Notes: a model not told the origin generated them from the sequence alone. DNA of 64,000 nt from Formosa sp. (GCA_038138145.1 JAYQDD010000002.1:80681-144680), one strand, 5' to 3'; positions 38,913 to 49,513 are shown, counted from the stretch's first letter. Made by a program: numbers and translations.

Positions 38913-39632
38913 ATGAAAATAAAACACCTAATCTCTTTTGTTTTTTTGTGCACCTTCGTATTTCATTCCGAAGCACAACTGTTTACAAAAGAACGTTTGT
39001 TGAATAATGAAAATTTCGATAAAGCGCCTTTATCTTACGGATATTTCTTGGGTTTTAACAATTATGACTTTAATATAGACTACAAATCCAACGTAAAGGA
39101 TATCCAGGTTTTGAAATCTGTGGGATTCAATGTCGGTTTGATAGGCAACGTAAGAATCAATGATTATTTTGATGTGCGTTTAGAACCAGGGCTTGTGATG
39201 TCCAATAGAAGACTAAGCTATAGTGATACTTATTTTGACGGATTGGTATTTGAGGAAAAAGACCTTGAACGCGAATTGCGTTCTACATACATTCATATTC
39301 CATTACTCATAAAAATTTCCACAAAACGCATCAATAACATCAAACCTTTTATAGTTGGAGGTATTTCAACAGCCATCAATTTGTCCAGTAATGAAGATAA
39401 TCCAGACGACAACAGCAAAGGAAATTTTAGAATGACAAAAAATAATTTGTTTTATGAACTTGGTCTGGGCATTGACATCTATCTCACTTGGTTCAAATTC
39501 ACGCCTTCACTCCGAGGAATCTTTTCATTGAAAGATGAGCATGTCCCAGATTTTGACCCTAATAGCCCGTGGACAAAGAATATCGAACAGATGCAAACAC
39601 GAGGCTTTTTCTTGAACTTTACATTTCAATAG
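38913..39632 (+). CDS. outer-membrane beta-barrel protein, PorT/SprT-like
   Basis: 239 aa with a signal peptide and alternating beta-strand pattern, ending in ...FFLNFTFQ. The PorT call is based on size and the usual position after ubiE in Flavobacteriia, and is not verified. Confidence 0.55.
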   Translation: MKIKHLISFVFLCTFVFHSEAQLFTKERLLNNENFDKAPLSYGYFLGFNNYDFNIDYKSNVKDIQVLKSVGFNVGLIGNVRINDYFDVRLEPGLVMSNRRLSYSDTYFDGLVFEEKDLERELRSTYIHIPLLIKISTKRINNIKPFIVGGISTAINLSSNEDNPDDNSKGNFRMTKNNLFYELGLGIDIYLTWFKFTPSLRGIFSLKDEHVPDFDPNSPWTKNIEQMQTRGFFLNFTFQ

Positions 39633-40350
39633 ACTGCCGTCTCCATTCACTCAAAATAATAGAAGCAGCATTGGCTACATTCAAACTTTCTGTTTTTTTG
39701 AATGGCCCAAATCTTGGAATAGTCAGTTTAGTATCGAGAAAAGAGTTTAGATTTTCTGAAATTCCATTAGCTTCATTGCCCAACACCAACACTCCAGAAT
39801 TTGGAAGACTTGTTGCATAAATAGATGTCCCTTCCATAAAAGTTCCCATAGCATTTGAAGATGAGGAAAGAAGTGGCTCCAAAGCTGAGTAAGTGATGTT
39901 CACACGAGTGTGCGAACCCATTGCAGATTGTACAACTTTGGGATTATAGCAATCAACTGTTGCTGGGCTACACACCAAATCTCGAATACCAAACCAATCG
40001 CAAAGCCGAACAATTGTGCCTAAATTTCCAGGATTGTTCAAATCATCAAGAGCTAAAATCAAACTTGAATCGTCCACTGGCTTTGGTGCCGGAATACGAA
40101 AAATAGCCAAAACTTTGTTAGGGGTTTTTAGTGTACTGATTGATGATAATTCATTTTCGGAAATATGTACAAAAGCATTTGAGTATTGCGCATAACTCAA
40201 ATCTGTAGAGAAAACTTCAACCAATTCATAATCTGCATCCAAAAATTCTTGGGTAACCTTAATCCCTTCTGTTACAAACATTTGCTCTTGGGTGCGAAAC
40301 TTTTTTTTGTGTAATCTGAGGATTCGCTTGGATTGGTTTTTAGTTAACAT
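39619..40350 (-). CDS. TrmH/SpoU-family RNA 2'-O-methyltransferase
   Basis: 243 aa with NPGNLGTIVR, VLVLGNEANG and LNVANAASIILSE motifs. Confidence 0.8.
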   Translation of the reverse strand: MLTKNQSKRILRLHKKKFRTQEQMFVTEGIKVTQEFLDADYELVEVFSTDLSYAQYSNAFVHISENELSSISTLKTPNKVLAIFRIPAPKPVDDSSLILALDDLNNPGNLGTIVRLCDWFGIRDLVCSPATVDCYNPKVVQSAMGSHTRVNITYSALEPLLSSSSNAMGTFMEGTSIYATSLPNSGVLVLGNEANGISENLNSFLDTKLTIPRFGPFKKTESLNVANAASIILSEWRRQSIEM

Positions 40351-40360
40351 CTAAAAAATG

Positions 40361-40368
40361 TACATTTG
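40361..40368 (+). promoter_or_regulatory. candidate -7 box (TACATTTG) for the Omp85-family gene
   Basis: Exact TAnnTTTG match 44 nt upstream of the TTG start at 40413. Confidence 0.35.
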
Positions 40369-40412
40369 ATTTAAATTCATTTTAGAGTATAAATCTAAAT
40401 TTTATTTACGTC

Positions 40413-42971
40413 TTGTTGAAGGATTCGCTAAAAAAAATATTTTTTATTTGTTCTATTGCCTACATCTGCACCGCGTGTAACGCTGTCAAAAGAGTTGGAG
40501 ATAAGGAGCATTTGTTGGTAGAAAATTCCTTTGTGGTTAATGGAAAAACGACAACATCTGAGGCATTATCTAAACTTTCATTTCAAAAAACAAACAGTAG
40601 AATTCTTGGTATCCCTGTTCGTCTTCATATTTACAATTTTGCACGTCCAAATAAAGACTCCATTTTTGAATCATGGCTAAACAAACGTCCAAAACGAAGA
40701 GAACGACTGATCAAAAAGTTTTCAAAAAAACAACTTAATCAAATAAAAAAATCATCGCTTGGATTCAATAGCTGGTTAAAAAATACTGGCGAAGCACCAA
40801 GTATTTTGGATAGCATAAAAATAAAAAAAACAAAACTCAATCTTGAACGTTATTACTTTTCAAAAGGATGGTTTGATAGAGAAATTGATTTTGTTGTTGA
40901 TACTTTAGGAAACAAACGAGCAACGTTGTCGTACAACATCACTACGGGGAAACCCTATGAGATTCGAGCGGTTGAAACTAAGATTGAAAGTCCTGTTTTG
41001 GATACATTATACGAAAGCGCCAAAGCAAAATCATTATTAAAAAAAGGCGAACAGTTTGATATCGTAAATTTTAAAAATGAACGAAACAGACTGACTACAA
41101 AATTTAGAAATTCGGGAGTATACCACTTCTCACAAGATTATATAAGCTTCAAAAATGACACGATTGGAACCGACCATAATGTAGACATCAAAATTAATAT
41201 TCCCAACAGAGCAATAAGAACTCCAGACAGTACAACGCGCGAACCTTTCAATGTATATCGAATAAAGGAAGTTAATATTTTTACTGATGCGTCATTTCAA
41301 AACAGAAATGCGGCTACGCCAACCAAAACTGCGACTTACGACAATTTCAATTTTTACAATTATGGTGAATTAAAATATAGACCAAAAGCTATAACAAATG
41401 CAGTATTAATAAACAAAGGAGACTTGTACAGCGACTTGGATAGAACACGTACCTATAGTTATTTGAGTCAACTCAAGTCTTTTAAATATCCAAACATTGA
41501 GTACGTAGAAAATAAAAATGACACCACACTTACAGCAAATATTTATCTCAACCCAAGAAAAAAATATGGTTTAGGGTTTGATTTTAATGTGTCGCAGAGT
41601 AACATCCAAAAAATTGGATTGTCGTTCAGTACTGGAGTTTTAATTCGTAACATTTTTAGGGGTGCCGAAACCCTAGAAATATCCGCTTTAGGGGCAATAG
41701 GTGCTTCAAAAGATGGTGCCAAATCTGACGATCAATTCTTTGATATTAATGAGCTTGGCGCAGATATAAAACTCAATATCCCAAGATTGTTTTTTCCTTT
41801 CAACACTGAAAAAATCATCCCCAAATTTATGTCACCAACAACACAATTAAGCACTGGTTTTACAAGTCAAAAAAACATTGGTTTAGACAAACGAACACTA
41901 AATGGACGTTTGAGCTACAACTGGCTTCCATCAAAAAATACGACCAATACACTAGATCTTCTCAATCTTCAATACGTTAGAAATCTAAACCCTGGAAACT
42001 ATTTTAGTGTATATCAAAATTCTTTCGATCGTCTGGAAAGTATTGCGCTTAATAGCTATCCGACTCCTGCAGAATTTTTAATCTCAAATCCTGATGGATC
42101 AAATACGCTTGATATTACTAAAGCCGATGATTTTATTGGAACAGTAAGTTCCGATACGAACTTTCAAAATACCAACCCCAATGATTATCAAACGGTTAGA
42201 AATATACGAGAACGCAAAAATCGGTTAATTCAAAACAACCTTATTCTTGCTAGTAATTTCAATTTAATTAAAGACACTCGGGAAAATAATTTTGACACTG
42301 ATTTTTCAATTTTTCGTCTAAAACTTGAGCTTGCAGGAAACCTTCTCAATGGTGCTGCAGATATATTGGATTTAAAGAAAAATGAAAATGGTGAATTTGA
42401 AGTCAATGATGTTGCCTTTTCGCAGTACACAAAAACAGAAATTGATTACATTAAACTTTGGAATTTAGGCCGTAGCAATGTACTTGCATTTAGAGGTTTT
42501 ATGGGTGTGGCAATCCCTTTGGGGAATTCTAAGACTATCCCGTTTTCGAAAAGTTTTTTTGCTGGTGGATCTAATGACAACCGTGCATGGACGGCCTACA
42601 ACTTAGGGCCAGGACGCTCGGACAACAACAACGAATTCAATGAAGCAAACCTGAAAATCGCATTTAGTTTGGAACACCGTTACAATTTGTTTGGTAAGCT
42701 TAACGGTGCTTTTTTTGTTGATGGGGGAAATATTTGGAATGTTCTTGACGATGTCGAAGATCCAAAAGTAACTTTTGATAGTTTTAGTTCTCTAAAAGAT
42801 ATTGCTTTAGGTGCTGGATTTGGATTGCGCTACGACTTCGGTTTTTTTATTCTAAGACTGGATACTGGGTTCAAAGCACACAATCCTACCTACGAAAAAA
42901 GCAACCGCTGGTTCCGCGATTTTAACTTCAGTAATGCGGTGTACAATTTTGGTATTAACTATCCATTTTAA
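40413..42971 (+). CDS. Omp85/BamA-TamA-family outer-membrane protein, lipoprotein form (TamL-like)
   Basis: 852 aa with lipobox-like ICTACN, POTRA-like repeats, and a C-terminal barrel with the FFAGGSNDNRAW motif, ending ...FGINYPF. Confidence 0.7.
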   Translation: MLKDSLKKIFFICSIAYICTACNAVKRVGDKEHLLVENSFVVNGKTTTSEALSKLSFQKTNSRILGIPVRLHIYNFARPNKDSIFESWLNKRPKRRERLIKKFSKKQLNQIKKSSLGFNSWLKNTGEAPSILDSIKIKKTKLNLERYYFSKGWFDREIDFVVDTLGNKRATLSYNITTGKPYEIRAVETKIESPVLDTLYESAKAKSLLKKGEQFDIVNFKNERNRLTTKFRNSGVYHFSQDYISFKNDTIGTDHNVDIKINIPNRAIRTPDSTTREPFNVYRIKEVNIFTDASFQNRNAATPTKTATYDNFNFYNYGELKYRPKAITNAVLINKGDLYSDLDRTRTYSYLSQLKSFKYPNIEYVENKNDTTLTANIYLNPRKKYGLGFDFNVSQSNIQKIGLSFSTGVLIRNIFRGAETLEISALGAIGASKDGAKSDDQFFDINELGADIKLNIPRLFFPFNTEKIIPKFMSPTTQLSTGFTSQKNIGLDKRTLNGRLSYNWLPSKNTTNTLDLLNLQYVRNLNPGNYFSVYQNSFDRLESIALNSYPTPAEFLISNPDGSNTLDITKADDFIGTVSSDTNFQNTNPNDYQTVRNIRERKNRLIQNNLILASNFNLIKDTRENNFDTDFSIFRLKLELAGNLLNGAADILDLKKNENGEFEVNDVAFSQYTKTEIDYIKLWNLGRSNVLAFRGFMGVAIPLGNSKTIPFSKSFFAGGSNDNRAWTAYNLGPGRSDNNNEFNEANLKIAFSLEHRYNLFGKLNGAFFVDGGNIWNVLDDVEDPKVTFDSFSSLKDIALGAGFGLRYDFGFFILRLDTGFKAHNPTYEKSNRWFRDFNFSNAVYNFGINYPF

Positions 42972-43052
42972 GGATATATTCATCTCAAACGTTTTCGTAT
43001 TATTTTGATGATAAGTCGTGTTAAAATTTTAACATATGGCGATTTATTTTAG

Positions 43053-43060
43053 TATTTTTG
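43053..43060 (+). promoter_or_regulatory. candidate -7 box (TATTTTTG) for fbaA
   Basis: Exact TAnnTTTG match 23 nt upstream of the ATG at 43084. Confidence 0.4.
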
Positions 43061-43083
43061 GCAAAATTTAAAAACCATCAAAA

Positions 43084-44151
43084 ATGAGTCACTCAATAAA
43101 ACCTGGCGTAGCCACTGGACGTGAAGTTCAAAAGATTTTTAAACTGGCAAAAGAAAAAGGATTTGCTCTGCCTGCAGTAAATGTAATCGGATCAAATACC
43201 ATCAATAGCGTTCTTGAAACCGCCAAAGCGCTTAACGCGCCAGTAATTATTCAGTTTTCTAATGGTGGTGGGCAATTTAATGCTGGGAAAGGACTTTCAA
43301 ATGAAGACCAAAAAGCAGCTATAGCAGGATCTATAGCAGGTGCAAAACACGTTCATGAAATGGCAGAAGCTTATGGTGTTCCTGTAATTCTTCATACCGA
43401 TCACTGCGCCAAAAAATTACTACCCTGGATTGATGGTTTATTGGATGCCTCGGAAAAACATTTTGAGCAAACTGGAAAATCTCTGTACAGCTCTCACATG
43501 ATAGACCTTTCTGAAGAACCACTCGAAGAAAACATCGAAATCTGTAAAGAATATTTAAAAAGAATGTCCAAAATGGGCATGACACTCGAAATTGAATTGG
43601 GGATTACAGGTGGTGAAGAAGATGGTGTAGACAATAGCGATGTAGACGTTTCTAAACTATACACACAACCCGAAGAAGTCGCTTATGCATATGAAGAACT
43701 CAGCAAAGTGAGTGATCAATTTACCATCGCAGCAGCTTTTGGTAATGTTCACGGTGTGTATAAGCCAGGAAATGTAAAACTCACTCCAAAAATTCTTAAG
43801 AATTCTCAAGAATTCATCACCGAAAAATATGGTGTATCAGAAAATCATATCGATTTTGTATTTCATGGAGGATCTGGATCAACTTTAGAAGAAATTCGCG
43901 AAGCAATTGGATATGGAGTCATTAAAATGAACATCGATACCGATTTGCAATATGCATTCATGACAGGTGTTCGTGATGATTTTAAGAAAAATCAAGATTA
44001 TTTGGCTTCACAAATTGGAAATCCAGACGGTGAAGATGTTCCAAACAAAAAATACTACGACCCAAGACGTTGGTTAAGACAAGGAGAACAGACTTTTGGA
44101 GCGCGTCTCAAAAAGGCATTTGAGGATTTGAACAATGTAGACACATTGTAA
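43084..44151 (+). CDS. fbaA: class II fructose-bisphosphate aldolase
   Basis: 355 aa with LHTDHCAK and FHGGSGS motifs. Confidence 0.95.
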   Translation: MSHSIKPGVATGREVQKIFKLAKEKGFALPAVNVIGSNTINSVLETAKALNAPVIIQFSNGGGQFNAGKGLSNEDQKAAIAGSIAGAKHVHEMAEAYGVPVILHTDHCAKKLLPWIDGLLDASEKHFEQTGKSLYSSHMIDLSEEPLEENIEICKEYLKRMSKMGMTLEIELGITGGEEDGVDNSDVDVSKLYTQPEEVAYAYEELSKVSDQFTIAAAFGNVHGVYKPGNVKLTPKILKNSQEFITEKYGVSENHIDFVFHGGSGSTLEEIREAIGYGVIKMNIDTDLQYAFMTGVRDDFKKNQDYLASQIGNPDGEDVPNKKYYDPRRWLRQGEQTFGARLKKAFEDLNNVDTL

Positions 44152-44162
44152 AAAAATATCCT

Positions 44163-44170
44163 TAAATTTG
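44163..44170 (+). promoter_or_regulatory. candidate -7 box (TAAATTTG) for accD
   Basis: Exact TAnnTTTG match 28 nt upstream of the ATG at 44199. Confidence 0.4.
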
Positions 44171-44198
44171 TTTTTCATTCTAAATCAATTAGGACAAA

Positions 44199-45056
44199 AT
44201 GGCGTGGTTTAAAAGAACAGACAAAGGTATTCAAACCCCAACAGAGGCGAAACGTGACACACCAAAAGGATTGTGGTACAAGTCGCCCACAGGGAAAATC
44301 ATCGAGACCGAAGAATTAGAAAGAAACTTCTTTGTTAGTCCTGAAGATGGATACCATGTCCGCATTGGAAGTACCGAATACTTCAATATTTTGTTTGATA
44401 ATAACAAATACAAAGAACTCAACCCAAAAATCACTTCAAAAGATCCTTTAAAATTTTCAGATAAGAAAAAATACACCGATCGTTTAGAAGCCGCCTACAA
44501 AAAAACCAAACTCAAAGATGCAGTACGCACAGTGGTAGGAAAATCTAAAGGAAAAGACCTCGTTGTTGCTTGTATGGATTTTAGTTTTATTGGTGGATCC
44601 GTTGGAAGTGTTGTTGGTGAGAAAATTGCACGTGCTGCAGATTATGCGCTAAAGAAAAAAATCCCCATCATGATCATATCCAAATCTGGAGGAGCACGAA
44701 TGATGGAAGCAGGATTATCACTGATGCAATTAGCAAAAACTTCTGCAAAGTTAGCACAATTGTCCGAAGCAGGAATCCCTTACATATCACTCTGTACAGA
44801 CCCCACAACTGGTGGGACAACCGCTTCATTTGCTATGCTTGGCGATATCAATATTAGTGAACCAGGCGCATTGATTGGCTTTGCTGGACCTCGTGTGGTT
44901 CGCGATACGACTGGAAAAGAACTCCCTGAAGGCTTTCAAACCGCCGAATTTGTTCAAGAGCATGGCTTTTTAGATTTTATCACCCACCGCGAACAGCTTA
45001 AAGACAAGGTGAATCAATACATCGATTTGATCTTGAATCAGCCGTTAAGAGCATAA
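44199..45056 (+). CDS. accD: acetyl-CoA carboxylase carboxyltransferase beta subunit
   Basis: 285 aa with [16 protein letters not shown] and [14 protein letters not shown] motifs. The N-terminal ribbon region has no Cys. Confidence 0.9.
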   Translation: MAWFKRTDKGIQTPTEAKRDTPKGLWYKSPTGKIIETEELERNFFVSPEDGYHVRIGSTEYFNILFDNNKYKELNPKITSKDPLKFSDKKKYTDRLEAAYKKTKLKDAVRTVVGKSKGKDLVVACMDFSFIGGSVGSVVGEKIARAADYALKKKIPIMIISKSGGARMMEAGLSLMQLAKTSAKLAQLSEAGIPYISLCTDPTTGGTTASFAMLGDINISEPGALIGFAGPRVVRDTTGKELPEGFQTAEFVQEHGFLDFITHREQLKDKVNQYIDLILNQPLRA

Positions 45057-45092
45057 TTCTTTCAAAATAATTCTTATATCATTCGAATTTCT

Positions 45093-45100
45093 TATATTTG
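45093..45100 (+). promoter_or_regulatory. candidate -7 box (TATATTTG) for rpsO
   Basis: Exact TAnnTTTG match 57 nt upstream of the ATG at 45158. Confidence 0.45.
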
Positions 45101-45106
45101 CCCCTC

Positions 45107-45125
45107 GATTCTGAGCGTCAGAATC
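45107..45125 (+). promoter_or_regulatory. perfect 8-bp hairpin in the rpsO 5' leader (candidate S15 autoregulatory element)
   Basis: gattctga (45107-45114) / tcagaatc (45118-45125) with loop gcg, lying between the candidate promoter and the start codon. Confidence 0.4.
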
Positions 45126-45157
45126 CACGCATAAAAATTATTTAAATAAATATTGGA

Positions 45158-45427
45158 ATGTACCTAACAAAAGAAACTAAAGAGAAAATCTTTAAAAAAC
45201 ACGGAAAAGACGCCAAAGATACCGGTTCTGCCGAAGGTCAAATTGCTCTTTTCACACACCGAATCAATCACCTAACAGAACACCTTAAGCAAAATCGAAA
45301 AGATTTTAACACCGAGCGTTCGCTTGTAAAGCTTGTAGGAAAACGCCGTTCTCTATTAGATTATTTAATGAAAAAAGATATCTTGAGATACCGTGCTATT
45401 GTTAAAGAATTAGGATTAAGAAAATAA
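45158..45427 (+). CDS. rpsO: 30S ribosomal protein S15
   Basis: 89 aa with GSAEGQIALFTHRINHLTEHLK...RRSLLDYL. Confidence 0.95.
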   Translation: MYLTKETKEKIFKKHGKDAKDTGSAEGQIALFTHRINHLTEHLKQNRKDFNTERSLVKLVGKRRSLLDYLMKKDILRYRAIVKELGLRK

Positions 45428-45432
45428 TACTT

Positions 45433-45460
45433 AAAAAAGAGGCCATATGGCCTCTTTTTT
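45433..45460 (+). terminator. rho-independent terminator/attenuator after rpsO
   Basis: Palindrome gaggccatatggcctc (45439-45454) followed by T6. Confidence 0.8.
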
Positions 45461-45577
45461 GATTACCCAGCACTTTTATTACAAGTGCTTACATATAGAA
45501 GAAGCTAATTAAAGTTTTTCATTGGTCACACCACGCAACAACAACACAACACCAATGTTTAATTAGAATTAAAAAAT

Positions 45578-47791
45578 ATGATTCCAAAAGTATTTAAAGA
45601 GGTCATCGACCTCGGCGATGGAAGAGAAATCTCCATCGAAACAGGGAAACTCGCCAAGCAAGCCCATGGCTCTGTAGTGGTACAATCTGGCAAATGTATG
45701 TTGCTGTGTACAGTAGTTTCCAATTACAAATCAGCGGACGTTGACTTTTTACCACTCACCGTAGATTACCGCGAAAAATTTGCGGCAGCAGGACGCTACC
45801 CTGGTGGGTTCTTCAAAAGAGAAGCACGACCAAGCGATGGTGAAGTACTCACCATGCGCCTTGTAGACCGTGTATTACGTCCATTGTTTCCAAAAGATTA
45901 CCACTCAGAAACTCAAGTGATGATTCAATTGATGTCTCACGACGAAGATGTCATGCCAGATGCTATGGCTGGTTTAGCTGCATCTGCAGCCATCCAACTT
46001 TCTGATTTCCCATTTGAATGTGCTATTTCTGAGGCTAGAGTTGGGCGTATCAACGGAGAATTCATCATAAATCCTACTAGAGCACAACTCGCAGAATCGG
46101 ATATCGATATGATGATTGGTGCCTCTGCAGACTCTGTAATGATGGTTGAAGGAGAAATGGATGAAATTTCAGAAGAAGAAATGACGGAAGCCATCAAGTT
46201 TGCACATGAAGCCATCAAAGTTCAATGTGCTGCTCAGGAACGATTGGCCCAAGCATTTGGTAAAAAAGAAGTTCGTGAATACGAACCAGAACGTGCCGAT
46301 GAAGACTTAGCACAAAAAATACACGACATGGCCTATAACAAGGTCTATGCTGTAGCCAAAGCAGGTTCTTCAAAACACGAAAGAAGCGCTGCTTTCTCTG
46401 AAATAAAAGAAGAAATTACAGCTTCTTTTTCTGAAGAAGAACAAGAAGAATATGATGGATTAATTTCAAAATATTACTACAAAGCAGAAAAAGCTGCTGT
46501 ACGCGATTTGACACTCAACGAAGGACTTCGTCTTGATGGTCGAAAAACAGATGAAATCAGACCCATTTGGTGTGAAGTAGACTATTTACCATCTACACAC
46601 GGTTCGTCAATTTTTACAAGAGGAGAAACTCAAGCACTAGCTACAGTAACCCTCGGAACTTCTAGAGATGCCAATCAAATAGATATGCCCTCTTATGAAG
46701 GTGAAGAACGCTTTTATTTACACTATAACTTCCCTCCTTTTTCAACTGGTGAAGCACGCCCTATTCGAGGAACGTCCCGTCGTGAAGTTGGACATGGAAA
46801 CTTAGCACAACGTGCCCTAAAAGGTATGGTCCCTGAAGATTGCCCATATACTGTTCGCGTAGTAAGTGAAGTTTTGGAAAGTAACGGATCGTCTTCTATG
46901 GCTACTGTTTGCTCTGGAACAATGGCGCTAATGGATGCTGGTGTACAATTGAAAAAACCAGTTTCTGGAATTGCAATGGGACTTATTTCCGATGCAGATT
47001 CTGGAAAATATGCGGTACTGTCTGATATTTTAGGTGATGAAGATCACCTAGGTGATATGGACTTTAAAGTCACAGGAACTGCAGATGGTATTACAGCATG
47101 TCAAATGGATATCAAAGTAAAAGGATTATCATACGAGATTTTAGTCAATGCACTAAAACAAGCTCGTGATGGACGCCTTCATATTTTAGGAAAACTTACT
47201 GATACAATTGCAGCACCTGCAGCAGACGTTAAGGCCCATGCACCTAAAATGGTAACCCGCATTATTCCAAATGAATTTATTGGAGCGCTTATTGGCCCAG
47301 GTGGTAAAGTGATTCAAGAACTTCAAAAAGAAACAGGAACAACAATTGTAATCAATGAAGATCCTGTCACTGAAGAAGGAATTGTTGAGATTTTAGGTAC
47401 AGATCAAGATGGGATTGATGCTGTTTTAGCCAAAATAGATGCGTTGATGTTTAAGCCAGAAGTTGGCAGTGTTTATGAAGTAAAAGTCATAAAAGTGCTA
47501 GATTTTGGCGCTGTGGTAGAATACCTTGAAGCACCAGGAAACGAAGTGTTACTCCACGTAAGTGAATTGGCATGGGAACGTACAGAAAATGTCTCTGATG
47601 TTGTCAATATGGGTGATGTTTTTGATGTGAAATATTTTGGTATCGACTCCAGAACACGCAAAGAAAAAGTTTCACGTAAAGCACTTCTACCAAAACCGGA
47701 AGGTTTTGTGGAACGCCCGCCAAGAGATAGAAAACCAAATAATAGAGGTCGCGACAACCGTCGAAATGACAGAAGACCAAAAAAAGATTAG
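45578..47791 (+). CDS. pnp: polyribonucleotide nucleotidyltransferase (PNPase)
   Basis: 737 aa with two RNase PH domains, a KH domain ([13 protein letters not shown]), an S1 domain, and a basic C-terminal tail. Confidence 0.95.
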   Translation: MIPKVFKEVIDLGDGREISIETGKLAKQAHGSVVVQSGKCMLLCTVVSNYKSADVDFLPLTVDYREKFAAAGRYPGGFFKREARPSDGEVLTMRLVDRVLRPLFPKDYHSETQVMIQLMSHDEDVMPDAMAGLAASAAIQLSDFPFECAISEARVGRINGEFIINPTRAQLAESDIDMMIGASADSVMMVEGEMDEISEEEMTEAIKFAHEAIKVQCAAQERLAQAFGKKEVREYEPERADEDLAQKIHDMAYNKVYAVAKAGSSKHERSAAFSEIKEEITASFSEEEQEEYDGLISKYYYKAEKAAVRDLTLNEGLRLDGRKTDEIRPIWCEVDYLPSTHGSSIFTRGETQALATVTLGTSRDANQIDMPSYEGEERFYLHYNFPPFSTGEARPIRGTSRREVGHGNLAQRALKGMVPEDCPYTVRVVSEVLESNGSSSMATVCSGTMALMDAGVQLKKPVSGIAMGLISDADSGKYAVLSDILGDEDHLGDMDFKVTGTADGITACQMDIKVKGLSYEILVNALKQARDGRLHILGKLTDTIAAPAADVKAHAPKMVTRIIPNEFIGALIGPGGKVIQELQKETGTTIVINEDPVTEEGIVEILGTDQDGIDAVLAKIDALMFKPEVGSVYEVKVIKVLDFGAVVEYLEAPGNEVLLHVSELAWERTENVSDVVNMGDVFDVKYFGIDSRTRKEKVSRKALLPKPEGFVERPPRDRKPNNRGRDNRRNDRRPKKD

Positions 47792-47815
47792 TTTAAAAAC
47801 TAATTTTCATCAAAT

Positions 47816-47850
47816 AAAAAGCCGTTTTGAAAATAAAACGGCTTTTTTTT
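47816..47850 (+). terminator. rho-independent terminator after pnp
   Basis: Stem gccgtttt (47821-47828) / aaaacggc (47835-47842) followed by T8. Confidence 0.8.
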
Positions 47851-47918
47851 GTAACATTTATTTCATTTTCAACGTATAACATAATGAGACCAAAATAATT
47901 TTTAAAAAATAAGCAAAC

Positions 47919-48782
47919 ATGAGACAACTCAAGATTACAAAACAAGTTACCAACAGGGAGACTGCTTCGTTGGACAAATACCTTCAAGAGATTGGAAAAG
48001 TTGACTTAATTACTGCCGATGAGGAAGTAGAGTTGGCACAGCGCATTAAAGCTGGTGACCAAATTGCATTAGAAAAATTGACAAAAGCCAACCTTCGTTT
48101 TGTAGTTTCTGTTGCTAAACAATATCAAAATCAAGGACTTACACTTCCGGATTTGATCAATGAAGGAAATCTTGGTCTCATAAAAGCCGCACAACGTTTC
48201 GATGAAACCCGCGGATTTAAGTTTATCTCATATGCTGTATGGTGGATTCGTCAATCTATTTTGCAGGCACTTGCGGAGCAGTCAAGAATTGTACGTTTGC
48301 CATTGAATAAGATTGGTTCAATCAATAAAATTAATAAAACATATGCATTTTTAGAGCAATCTCATGAGCGCCCACCAAGTGCAGAAGAAATTGCGAAAGA
48401 ATTGGACATGACCATAAATGATGTGAAAGAATCGATGAAAAATTCTGGACGTCATGTCTCTATGGATGCACCTCTCGTTGAAGGAGAAGACTCCAACTTG
48501 TATGACGTATTACGTTCTGGAGAGTCACCAAATCCAGATAAAGAATTATTGCACGAATCTTTAAGAACAGAAATTGAACGTGCATTGGAAACCCTTACAC
48601 CACGAGAAGCCGATGTCATTCGTCTGTATTTTGGTCTTGGTAACCAGCACCCTATGACTCTGGAAGAAATTGGAGAAACTTTTGATCTTACAAGAGAACG
48701 TGTTCGCCAAATTAAAGAAAAAGCGATTCGACGTTTAAAACACACCTCAAGAAGTAAAATACTGAAAACCTATCTTGGTTAA
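47919..48782 (+). CDS. rpoD: primary RNA polymerase sigma factor (Bacteroidota short sigma-A type)
   Basis: 287 aa with regions 2-4 ([49 protein letters not shown]). Confidence 0.9.
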   Translation: MRQLKITKQVTNRETASLDKYLQEIGKVDLITADEEVELAQRIKAGDQIALEKLTKANLRFVVSVAKQYQNQGLTLPDLINEGNLGLIKAAQRFDETRGFKFISYAVWWIRQSILQALAEQSRIVRLPLNKIGSINKINKTYAFLEQSHERPPSAEEIAKELDMTINDVKESMKNSGRHVSMDAPLVEGEDSNLYDVLRSGESPNPDKELLHESLRTEIERALETLTPREADVIRLYFGLGNQHPMTLEEIGETFDLTRERVRQIKEKAIRRLKHTSRSKILKTYLG

Positions 48783-48789
48783 TAACAAA

Positions 48790-48821
48790 ACCCCTGCCCA
48801 TTGGCAGGGGTTTATTTTTTG
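48790..48821 (+). terminator. rho-independent terminator after rpoD
   Basis: Stem cccctgcc / ggcagggg with loop catt, followed by a T-rich run. Confidence 0.8.
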
Positions 48822-48825
48822 TTCT

Positions 48826-48833
48826 ATTTTTGT
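48826..48833 (+). promoter_or_regulatory. candidate -7 box (TATTTTTG) for rpe
   Basis: Exact TAnnTTTG match 17 nt upstream of the ATG at 48851. Confidence 0.45.
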
Positions 48834-48850
48834 TATACTAAATTAAAATT

Positions 48851-49510
48851 ATGAGTTCATCTTTAATTGCGCCCTCCATTCTTGCTGCCGATTTTGCCAA
48901 CCTTCAACGCGATATCGAAATGGTCAACAGCAGTGAAGCCGATTGGTTTCATATAGACATCATGGACGGTGTTTTTGTGCCCAATATTTCATTTGGGATG
49001 CCTGTGTTAAAAGCCATTACAAAACATGCAAAAAAAACAGTTGATGTTCATTTGATGATTGTTGATCCAGACCGATACATCAAAACCTTTGCAGAGCTTG
49101 GTAGTGATATCCTCACGGTACATTACGAAGCTTGCACACATTTACACCGAACGCTTCAGGCCATAAAATCGGAAGGAATGAAAGCAGGTGTTGCACTCAA
49201 CCCTCATACAAATGTCAATGTATTGGAAGATACCATTCAAGATATTGATTTGGTGTGTATCATGAGTGTAAATCCTGGTTTTGGTGGACAGAGCTTTATT
49301 GAACATACATACAATAAAGTGAAGCAACTCAAAGCATTAATATCTTCTAAAGGTGCTTCTACAAAAATTGAAATTGACGGCGGTGTAACTTCTGCAAATG
49401 CTCAAAAATTAAAAGACGCAGGTGCAGATGTATTGGTGGCAGGAAGCTTTGTATTCCGAAGCGAAAATCCTTCAGAAACAATCAAAGAATTGAAACGCCT
49501 AACGGCTTAA
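48851..49510 (+). CDS. rpe: ribulose-phosphate 3-epimerase
   Basis: 219 aa with APSILAADF, HIDIMDG and MSVNPGFGGQ motifs. Confidence 0.95.
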   Translation: MSSSLIAPSILAADFANLQRDIEMVNSSEADWFHIDIMDGVFVPNISFGMPVLKAITKHAKKTVDVHLMIVDPDRYIKTFAELGSDILTVHYEACTHLHRTLQAIKSEGMKAGVALNPHTNVNVLEDTIQDIDLVCIMSVNPGFGGQSFIEHTYNKVKQLKALISSKGASTKIEIDGGVTSANAQKLKDAGADVLVAGSFVFRSENPSETIKELKRLTA

Positions 49511-49513
49511 TAA

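Noticed and set aside
47704-47788. The Arg/Asp/Asn-rich basic tail at the PNPase C-terminus ([25 protein letters not shown]).
   Set aside because: It is a short low-complexity extension after the S1 domain. It is plausibly RNA-binding, but it is too small and too common a type of feature to count as a distinct finding without comparative data.
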